Source: a virus. Taken from it: a stretch of DNA of 44,714 nucleotides. The stretch is from the IMG/VR virus record IMGVR_UViG_3300046779_000684, positions 1-44,714 of that record; one strand, given 5' to 3'. The notes beneath the pieces are model-generated. The model was not told the origin of the DNA. It ran no database searches and saw only the letters and a list, made by a program, of their open reading frames with translations. The stretch's first letter is position 1. Each line of letters begins with the position of its first letter. Position numbers and translations under genes: made by a program. Of this stretch, positions 34,210-43,500 are shown piece by piece.

Positions 34210-37200
34210 TTAATCAAACTCGTCAGAACTCGGAGCTTCGACTGCTTGAGAAATTTCTTCTTCCTCTAAATCTAATCCTGGCCTTGACATATAGAATGGT
34301 TTCACTCCTGTAAATACTTTGTTGGGTTCACGTCCTGCTTGAATCTCACTTAATCTTACAGAGTAGTTAGAGTTTAATACTTCCATCTCATCGTAGATTT
34401 CCTGAGGTACATCCTCACCAGCGGCTTCAAATGCAGATACTCTCTTCTGAAGTTGCTTAAGCTGTTTCTTGTACTGCTTTTTAGCTTGGGCTTCTTCTGT
34501 ACGAGTCTTCATAGTCTCAAGACCATCGTGGTTTTCAAGATAACGAGTACGCAACTCTTTCGTGTAGGTCTTAGGAGTGTAACTGTTAAATGCTCTGTTC
34601 TGGAACTCAATAGACTTAGCATCTAATCCTAACATAGCACCTTTAGTTCCTAGTATCTCCATAGCAAGTACACCTAAACCTGGCTTACCTGCCTGAGTTG
34701 GGTGTGTTTTATCCCAATCAATCTTATCAGAGTTTGGTCGATACTTGTAGTAAGGATCTGTGCTGTACAAACCATTGTCCCAATCTACAAACTTTCTGAA
34801 TACACTGAACGGACCAAAGATAGACCAACCTAACTTCTCGAAGAATCCTGTACCGTTTGCTTGCTCTTGTACGTAGGTAAACAACATCTCATTCATACCC
34901 CAAAGAGTAAATACACCTTCAGCTTCGTTGGCTATTTTCTTTGACAAGAAACAAACGTAGTCCTTCCAGTCAGCCTCTCCGTCATCCTCACACTCAAGAG
35001 ACAAAGCCATCTGACTAATAATATTACCTAGAGTCAAGTAAGCAAAGAAGTTAAATCTGAATTTAGCCAACGCTGCTTTCTCTGCCTTGGTCAAGTTTTT
35101 ACTTGCTTCCCAGAATCTTCCATACTCAAAGAAAGTCTGTTGAAGGAAACGCATCATTGCTAAGTTAGCACCTACAGTCTTAACACCAGCACCATAGTGA
35201 ATGTTTCCAACACCCCATTCTGTCTTAGCGTGCATAGGAACCCATTTCTTTAAAAACAAAAGTTGGCGTACCAAAGCATACTTCGCTACAGTAGGTTGTC
35301 CGATATTATCGTATACACCCTGTGCACGATAGTTAGCAGTAGATATCTCATCCTTGATCTTTCTAAGCAATTGAGGAGAAACTACTACATCAGGTTTGAT
35401 AGCAAGTGCTCCGTTTACTATATGGAAAGCATCTTTAAGCTTAATCTCTCCACCAGTAGTTAGAGGTACACGATACTTATTAAGCATGGCAAACGTTGTC
35501 TGCGCAGCGATATCATATTCAGTATACTCTCTTAAGTTAGAGACAAACTTATGGAACTTAGAGTACTTGAAGAAACCTTTGTTAGACAACTCCTTAAACT
35601 CTTGCTCGTAATTAGATTGAGTTCCTCCAAAGAAATCAATGATCTGCATACGTAGAGGCTTGTTACCTGTCTGAGCATGACCAGTGATAAAGTCTAAAGA
35701 CAATCCCATAGTCTCTTTATAGGCAGCCAAGTAATCGCTATAAGTCAAGTCGTAGAATCTACGGTCTGCCAAGTTGTTCTTGTAACCGTTAAAGTAGTTA
35801 GGGAACAAAGAGATAGCGTTGAAACCCAAACTTTTAGCACCAGCAAGTCTACCTGCACCATGTAGGATACCATTGGCTACTTTAGCAAAAACGTTCTTGG
35901 GATTATTTACTCCTTTACCGTATAACTGACGGTCAATCAAGTCACCAATTACTTTATTGCTTGAAGAACCTTGTTTATTTAACAAAGAAGCAGGTGCCTT
36001 TCTACCACTAAGCAATTCTTCCATTGCCAAGATAGTAGATTGGTACTTACGATGAGTTCTAAATCTAGCAGCAGATGCTGAGTAAGAAGCAATGGCAGTC
36101 ATAATATCATAAGACTGTTCTTCTGCAGCCATAGGCCGACTGTATCTTACGAATAACTTACGAGACTCTCTAGTAATAGGTTCTCCAAAAGCATCTGTTT
36201 GTTCTGCAATACCAAAAGTTTCATCCTCATCACCCAATGCCTGACGTGTTTCACCTAACAACCACTCCTTTTGTTGGTTCCACCAACGTTTTAACGGATT
36301 AGATCTACCTGTAATCAAGTCAATGAACAACTCACCGCCTGTCTTATAGATTCCAGGAATGATATCACCTAACTTATCCTTCTTATAAAGTTCAGACTGT
36401 GCACTGTTCAATGCATCACGCATACGACCAAGCAGAACTTTCTGATTGCTTCTTAGACCATCATAGTTAGCGTTATAGTAAGGACCTGAAGTAGTCTCTT
36501 TGAAGGTAGTTTCTCCCAACACGTGGTTAGGATTCTGAAACTCTGTACTTACTTTAGGACTAAACCACAAGAATGAAGGGGCTTCTTCCTCAATATAAGA
36601 CTCATCATTAGGTCTAGTTACTCTCCACATAAAGATAGGCTCCTCTACGAGAACAGTTTCTTCTCTTTGGGAATCGTATCTTACTTTTTTGATGTGGTTA
36701 TCTGCGTACCAAGCAGACTGTTTAAATGCCTGGCTTACAAGTCTCTCAATAGAAGAACTATCTAAAGTAGGATTAGCTGTAGCTATCTGAGTACGCAAAC
36801 TTGCTTTGATGTCCTCTACAGTTTTCTCGTAGGCTTTTGAGTTGACGTTACTCTGTAAGTCTTGAAGCTGCTGGACAAGTAATACTAACTTATCTTTACT
36901 GTCTTTATCTAGGGGAGAGTTTTTACGAGTAAGACCTTTAATCTCCTCAATACGTTCTTCTAGTTCTTTAGCAGTCTGACGTTGGCCATCACTAACTTCG
37001 TTAGGCATGTACTCACCGTTTCTATCTTTCTTACCCTTAAGCAAGTTAAATAGATTCTCATACAACTCGGTTAGGTTATCACCTCTGTCGCCCAACAACT
37101 GTTGAATCTCACTAGTAATTAAAGCACGCTCGTCATAGAAAGCCTGAGAGTAAGTAGTACGTGTGTAGATAGAAGCCCAACGATTATACTCATCGTAAGC

Positions 37201-40200
37201 ATCTTGTTTTAATCTAAGAGCCAACTGTCTGCCAGAATCATTCTGTGCAGCCTTGTATTGATTCTCAGCAGCAGCAACAGCTGCCTGTAATTTTTGTTTA
37301 CGAGAAGTAAGTGTTCTGGTGAATACATTTAAGGTCTCGTCAGATAGTTTAGGGTAAACAGTAGTTGGTACTATCTTTACGATAGGTTGACCTTTGGCAT
37401 CCAGTAACGGCATACCATTGGCATCAAACTGAGGAATCTCGGTATTAGACTTAGCATTCTTCCAATCAATAATTGCCTTTGCTATATCATAGGCTTCTCC
37501 CTGTTTAAGATTACCCAATGAATCGTAAAGAGATTCCATATCATCTAACTCTGCTTGATTTAAGCGGAGTAACTCAAACGCTTCTTCTGTAATCTCACCG
37601 CCTACAAAAGCTTCTCTAACAGCAGCCATTTCTTGGTAGATGCTGTTACGTTTGTTACGAATCTCTACAGGTAACTTAGCTTGAATCTCGTAGTATTTAT
37701 CAGTGAATGGGCGTTCAGTATACTGTTCTTTGAACTTCTCAAGATTCTCAATTGCCTCTTGTACCTTCTGTTCCGCAGCACTACGCCTAGCAACTGCCTC
37801 AGCACTCATGTCTGCTGGGTCCAGATCAGCTACTTCATCCATACCATGCTGAATGATGTAGTTCTGCTCAGTCATATAGTTACGCATCTCTACTGTCTTG
37901 GTGGCAGTATTTAAGACTAAGATACGCTTGTCTTTGTTAAGTACTCCATCAACTACCTCGTACAAGAAAGTCTCCCTGTAGTAAGGCTTGTAGAAACTTT
38001 TAACGTCTACAATAGAACCACCAAACTGTGCACCTTCCTCAGCTATGATGTCTTGCATCAAGTTCTCCATCTCACTACGCAGAGTAGTCAAAGAACCTCT
38101 ATGCGAGATATCCATGCCTTTCAAGTAACTAGCTACAAGTTGTATTCCTGGATTCTTAGTGGTAGTGGCTGTGTCAAATGCAGCAAACAACTCACTGTTG
38201 GTATCCATAAGTAGTTTAGACAGGTTCTCCCTCGTAGGAAGCTTATTGGTGTAATCGTCTTTACTGTCTTGAATTCTGTTCAGGATGTTACCTACAGATA
38301 TAGGCAACTCAAATGACTGCTTAAACTGCCTAAAGTTTGTAAACTCTTGAACAGCTCCATCTGCATAGGTTACTACAAACTTAGAATCTACCCCGTTACC
38401 TACTTTACTAATAGCACGTACAACACGGTTTCGGTAAGTGCGGTCTGCATTGTTTTTATTAGCTTGACCTACTACATCAAAAGACTTCTTAGACAACTGA
38501 GAATCTAGTTGCTGAATGTCTTGGTTAATACTTTCAATCAATCCTTTGGTAGCCTCTTCGTAGTACTCAGAGAGTTCATCTAGAATAGGCTCTTGAATGT
38601 ATTGGTTGTGCTTCTCGACAATAGAGTTAAGCGATTGTTTCAACCAGAACAAGTTCTTCAAGAAAGGATTAGTGTTTACTTGCTGCTTAGCAGAAGTCTG
38701 AGCCAACTGTACGATAGATGAAACTGTGTTAGGCTTGAATACACTTCTAGCTAACGCTCCTTGGTTGTTAAATCTATCTCCGGTGATTTCTTCTATGTGT
38801 CTCTGTACAACTAATGCTTGCTTGAAAGCCCTATGAATATCGCCTAGCTTTTTTCCAGGAGGTATATTAGGGTCTTGGCTAAGTGTTTGCAAGTGGTCAA
38901 TCAATCCTTGAAAGTAGATTGACATGTACTGCATGTAGTTTGCCAAATCCAATACAGCCTCTGCTACATCCTCCTTGGTAGCCATGGCCTTTATACGACC
39001 TTTAGAAGACTCGAATACGGCACCTGCTTGTCTTAGAGAAGTTGACTTTCTAATCTCTTCACTAGTAAAGTACTTGTTGGTGTCCATCAAACGTGCAAAC
39101 TCTTGGTCAGTGATTGCATCAGATATTAACTGAATCTGTTTAATGGCAGGACTAAAGTCATCTGGATTATTTGGGTCACGCATCAAATGCTCAGTGAAGG
39201 CATCTATATCCTTAGGCATAACCCTACTAAACATGTAATCGGATACTTCAGAGTTAGTTGGATAGAACTCAAACTCAAAGTTAGGATTATACAACGCTGT
39301 TACGATGTCCCCCAACGTATCAAACTTAGGAGTTACAAATCCTAAATCAGTTAAGATATCTGTAAAGAACTGTACAATGGTATTGTAAAGACCTGTCTTG
39401 GGAGTGTACTCGGTTGCTTGAGAACCAACCTCAGTAGCAATTACTTCCTCCCAGAACTCTGCAGTACCTTTTAACTCAGGGTAGTTAGCCTCTACATAAG
39501 CTTGAGATGATCCTGTAGGATTCTCTGCATGCAGTTTCTCTACCTCAGCGACAAGTTTACTAAAAGCTTCTGGATTAGAAGTCTTGAGACCTCTGATAAT
39601 GAAGTGTGAGAACTCATGCCAAGCAGTATCTTCTTTTACCAAGTAAGGATTAACAAGTATCTGGCCGGTTGCTAAATCTACACGGGCAGCACCATCAATG
39701 CTAGTATCCCATGCCCAAGTTACACCCGGGAACTTAGCTACCAACTTGTCAAAGATTTGCCCAAACTTACGTACGTTACCTCTCTTAAGAACATTAGATA
39801 ACTCCATGGTCTTTTGGAACATAACATTACTTAGCGGCAATACCTCCCCGTCAATTAGCAATTCATTTGACTGGATTAACTTCTCCATCAATGCATGCTT
39901 CTCAGCATCTAATGCTTCCTGCAAACCCATCATTTCAATCTCAGCACGTATCTCTTCCTCTTCTACGGTTTCTACTAGGTCAACTATATCAGCAGCAAAG
40001 TTGTATCTAGGATCAATCTCTACGTATACTCCAGAGTCATCGTACCTTGCCCAAGCAATCTTCTTACCTCCGTTGATGATGTACTTACTATTAATCTTTA
40101 AAGCAGTAGTATCAGCATAGCCAAGAATCTGGTGTGGCTTTACGTACTCAGTACTAGTGTGGTAGATTCTATTACCAATCAAGGTCACAGAAGGCCTTTC

Positions 40201-40518
40201 TTTAATCTTCTGAGTTTCAGACTGCCATACTTTGTTACATATGTAAGCAATCTTCTTACTGTAAGTATCTAGGCTAACATACTCAGGGTCTTTAAGTAAG
40301 TCCTGTGCAAGCTTTAAGTTTATCTCTAACCTAAGAAAATGATTTTTAATATCTTCTACACCAACCTTACTATACATAACGTTGGAAAGATTGTAGTATT
40401 TATTAGGGACTTCTCCCTCATACTTATCCCAGAGGTAATAAGCATATTCAGGTACTACACTAAGCAGTTGATCAAACTTAGCTTTTACCTCTGGATCATT
40501 TAAATTAGGACAAATCAT
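34210..40518 (-). CDS. giant virion (probably ejected) protein with zincin motif
   Basis: 2102 aa next to the virion RNAP; HEFSH (39604-39618) with downstream EE; N-terminal CPN module; hydrophobic C-terminal helices. Confidence 0.75.
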   Translation of the reverse strand: MICPNLNDPEVKAKFDQLLSVVPEYAYYLWDKYEGEVPNKYYNLSNVMYSKVGVEDIKNHFLRLEINLKLAQDLLKDPEYVSLDTYSKKIAYICNKVWQSETQKIKERPSVTLIGNRIYHTSTEYVKPHQILGYADTTALKINSKYIINGGKKIAWARYDDSGVYVEIDPRYNFAADIVDLVETVEEEEIRAEIEMMGLQEALDAEKHALMEKLIQSNELLIDGEVLPLSNVMFQKTMELSNVLKRGNVRKFGQIFDKLVAKFPGVTWAWDTSIDGAARVDLATGQILVNPYLVKEDTAWHEFSHFIIRGLKTSNPEAFSKLVAEVEKLHAENPTGSSQAYVEANYPELKGTAEFWEEVIATEVGSQATEYTPKTGLYNTIVQFFTDILTDLGFVTPKFDTLGDIVTALYNPNFEFEFYPTNSEVSDYMFSRVMPKDIDAFTEHLMRDPNNPDDFSPAIKQIQLISDAITDQEFARLMDTNKYFTSEEIRKSTSLRQAGAVFESSKGRIKAMATKEDVAEAVLDLANYMQYMSIYFQGLIDHLQTLSQDPNIPPGKKLGDIHRAFKQALVVQRHIEEITGDRFNNQGALARSVFKPNTVSSIVQLAQTSAKQQVNTNPFLKNLFWLKQSLNSIVEKHNQYIQEPILDELSEYYEEATKGLIESINQDIQQLDSQLSKKSFDVVGQANKNNADRTYRNRVVRAISKVGNGVDSKFVVTYADGAVQEFTNFRQFKQSFELPISVGNILNRIQDSKDDYTNKLPTRENLSKLLMDTNSELFAAFDTATTTKNPGIQLVASYLKGMDISHRGSLTTLRSEMENLMQDIIAEEGAQFGGSIVDVKSFYKPYYRETFLYEVVDGVLNKDKRILVLNTATKTVEMRNYMTEQNYIIQHGMDEVADLDPADMSAEAVARRSAAEQKVQEAIENLEKFKEQYTERPFTDKYYEIQAKLPVEIRNKRNSIYQEMAAVREAFVGGEITEEAFELLRLNQAELDDMESLYDSLGNLKQGEAYDIAKAIIDWKNAKSNTEIPQFDANGMPLLDAKGQPIVKIVPTTVYPKLSDETLNVFTRTLTSRKQKLQAAVAAAENQYKAAQNDSGRQLALRLKQDAYDEYNRWASIYTRTTYSQAFYDERALITSEIQQLLGDRGDNLTELYENLFNLLKGKKDRNGEYMPNEVSDGQRQTAKELEERIEEIKGLTRKNSPLDKDSKDKLVLLVQQLQDLQSNVNSKAYEKTVEDIKASLRTQIATANPTLDSSSIERLVSQAFKQSAWYADNHIKKVRYDSQREETVLVEEPIFMWRVTRPNDESYIEEEAPSFLWFSPKVSTEFQNPNHVLGETTFKETTSGPYYNANYDGLRSNQKVLLGRMRDALNSAQSELYKKDKLGDIIPGIYKTGGELFIDLITGRSNPLKRWWNQQKEWLLGETRQALGDEDETFGIAEQTDAFGEPITRESRKLFVRYSRPMAAEEQSYDIMTAIASYSASAARFRTHRKYQSTILAMEELLSGRKAPASLLNKQGSSSNKVIGDLIDRQLYGKGVNNPKNVFAKVANGILHGAGRLAGAKSLGFNAISLFPNYFNGYKNNLADRRFYDLTYSDYLAAYKETMGLSLDFITGHAQTGNKPLRMQIIDFFGGTQSNYEQEFKELSNKGFFKYSKFHKFVSNLREYTEYDIAAQTTFAMLNKYRVPLTTGGEIKLKDAFHIVNGALAIKPDVVVSPQLLRKIKDEISTANYRAQGVYDNIGQPTVAKYALVRQLLFLKKWVPMHAKTEWGVGNIHYGAGVKTVGANLAMMRFLQQTFFEYGRFWEASKNLTKAEKAALAKFRFNFFAYLTLGNIISQMALSLECEDDGEADWKDYVCFLSKKIANEAEGVFTLWGMNEMLFTYVQEQANGTGFFEKLGWSIFGPFSVFRKFVDWDNGLYSTDPYYKYRPNSDKIDWDKTHPTQAGKPGLGVLAMEILGTKGAMLGLDAKSIEFQNRAFNSYTPKTYTKELRTRYLENHDGLETMKTRTEEAQAKKQYKKQLKQLQKRVSAFEAAGEDVPQEIYDEMEVLNSNYSVRLSEIQAGREPNKVFTGVKPFYMSRPGLDLEEEEISQAVEAPSSDEFD

Positions 40519-40523
40519 CTTTA

Positions 40524-40553
40524 CAAATATAGTTTAATAATAAAATTACACAA
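40524..40553 (-). promoter_or_regulatory. Bacteroidota sigma-A type promoter
   Basis: On the - strand TTG-N19-TATATTTG, 5 nt before the ATG. Confidence 0.65.
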
Positions 40554-40557
40554 TCAA

Positions 40558-43500
40558 TTAAGACCCACCACAGAAGTTTTCATGGTTATTACTGATGTCT
40601 GCTAACTCTTGGAAAGTATCCTTGATAGCCTCTATTTTGATTGCTTCGAAGTTCTCAGGTACAAGTGGTATGATGTTACCAGATTCATCGGTAGTTGTAG
40701 TAGGAACAATACTGTCTCTAACTTCAAAAATCTTAGGAAGAATTACGTTGTCAGGTATGATAGCATTATGCTTAGCAAAGATTGAACGTATCTGAGGAGT
40801 GGTCCAACCAGCTTGCTTAACTCCGATAGCAGTAACCAAGAACTTCAAGTTAGGATTGTCGGCAGCAGTCTTTAACATACCTACCACTGACTCTTCTACA
40901 GCACTCAAAGGAATACTATTTTTAGCACCTATCTTAAGTTTACCGTTCTTCATTGATGCGAACTTGGTAACAACTCCATAAGACATACCATTCGTACCTT
41001 GCATAATACGGTCAGTAACTCCATACTCAGACCAGTAGCCTTTGGTTCCTGGCTCTAGTACATTGTAGTTAGCTTTACCGTTTTTATACTGAGCGTATCC
41101 TGCAGAACCTGATCCGTGGTGGCCGAGTGTATTAGCACCGAATACAAAAACTTCGTTAGGCTGAAGTTCAAGTACTTCTTTAGGAGTGTACTCACGATTT
41201 GGGTTATCACTACGAGTAGTCAAGCTAGACTGAAGTACCTTACTGCTAGGAGTAATAGATTCTCTAGTCAAGTCGTAGTCCTTAAAGTAGAACAAGTCAA
41301 TGTTAGGGTCTTTAGTACGGCTAAACTCTGGATGTACTTCCTTGAACCTACGAACAAACTTAGCTATGTGTGACTCTCCCAAAGAATCTAGCAAGGTATC
41401 CATCTGTTCAGACAATACGTTATTGATAACAGTACCACGTTCTTCGCTAGTGGTCGTCACAGTTTCCTTAAGAACATCAGATAACTCTTTGTTCTCCTTA
41501 GCGTTATAGTCTGCAACCAAAGCATCTGTAATGGTTTTGATGTTTTCGGCCAAGCCAACTGTAAACTCCGAAATGATAGAAGACATCGGCAACGTGTAAA
41601 CCTGTTCAGGAATCAAAGGCAAGTATGAATCATAGCGTTTGTTCAAGTTAGTACCAATGATACCTGCGTAAGCATAAGCCTTGAAGAACGATTGCATATC
41701 TTGAATCAATCTTTGGTCATCCTCGTTAGTTGGATCTAGGCTAGGATGAGACCAGTTGAATCCATTGCTGAAGTCTTCACGAAGCATATCTACTGAGTAG
41801 TCAATCTCTGACTGCACATAACCGGCCCTGATAAACTGGCTATCCTCGTTAGTGGTAAATACTACCCCGTCAAAGATTAAGTTATCAGACTGAATACCTC
41901 TTTGTCCTAATCTAACCTTAAGGTTATTGTACAAGGTACTGATGTGACCAAGATTACGCTTATCTAGAAGTTTCTCGTACTCGGCTACTTGAGGTACGTT
42001 GTTTCTGAACAAAGAGTACAGCAAGTCATTCTTAAATACTCTTGAGAAAGTATCATAATCCAACCTGTAGTTAAGAACCTTCATACTTCTGTGAAGTCTG
42101 ATGATAAGACTAGTTAACGTCTTGTTTGCAGATACTGGGAATATAGTCTCCAACTTATCAAAGATGTCTTGTTGAAGTTGGAAGGGAGACACTACAGATT
42201 CAAAAATTACATTCTCAACACCCTTTTTATTAAAGAAGTTAGACTTCATCAAGTCAGCCAACTCTTGACCACCCTTACGGAACGACTCAAAGTTCTGCGG
42301 AGTGAAGGTATCAAAGTCTGTGTTAGATGAGAGTATGAATAATTTATCCTGCTGTTCTTCAGTTGCAATCCATCCTACAAAACGAAGCAAGTCACCCATC
42401 TCAGTCTGATCGCTGAGCAATGCGTCAGGGTTACTGATACGATACGCATTCAGTCTCTTCTTAAGAGCATTTACCATAATCTCAGTACCAAACTGATTCA
42501 AAGAAGCATTCAAGAACTGAGCATACTCTGGAAGAGGCTCCCCTGTTTTCTGAGACCAAGCAAAAGCTTTGTCTAGTTTTTCATTTAGAATAGCTTGTAT
42601 GAAGTCACGTTTGGATGAGTACTTAGCACTACCTCTTGCGTATCTAATGATTGAAGAATCCTTCTTAGCACCACCAACGTTCTTGTAAGATAGGTTGATC
42701 ATCTTTACAATATCCTCAAATCTGCTACCAAGCATGTTCATATAGTTAGCAGTTGGGGTAAGTCTATTGTTAAGGAAAATCTTAGCAATGCTGTCGTCTC
42801 GTTCGATATCTACGTGAGCAGTAATCAACTGACCACTGATATCCCCAATACGAGTTCCTTTCTTGCCGTTAGTTTTGTTGTACTCTACGTCAAAGCTAGA
42901 ACTGAAGTCAAGGAAACCTGTTGACTTACCATTAGCATCTAGAGGATAATCTTCTACAGCTTGTTTATCAATTACAACCAAGCCAGCTTTCTGGAGGATT
43001 GCATGTAATACGTTAGATTTTGCATCAACACCCAAAGACTTCTTGAACGCATTCAACTGATGTACGTACAATTGGTACAAAGGATTAACAATATTTGTGT
43101 AGGAAGCCGTAGTGTACTTATTAGAATCACCAAACAACTCCGCCATCTCAGTCACAGTGTCTGAACTGTTAGGACGAAGTAACAAAGTAAACAACGATTC
43201 GTCAGTCAAACGTTCTGCTAAGTTAAACAGTAAGTTGTTTGAGAAACGACCACGGATAGCCTTAACCTCGTGAGTTAGGAATCTCTCACGCTCCAATAAA
43301 GCAGACAACTCCTCATCCAAGGCAAACAAAGAAGCACTCAGACCTTCATTCTTAGCTGTTCTAAGAGCGTTTAGAATCTTTTTAATCTCTGTGGTAGCTT
43401 TCTTCTTTTTAGTCTCGTAGGGTTCCTTAAAGAAGTTAGCAAGCCTAGCTACATCTTCTTGACTAATAGGTCTGTCTTCTTCCTCTTGCTCAGCGTTAAA

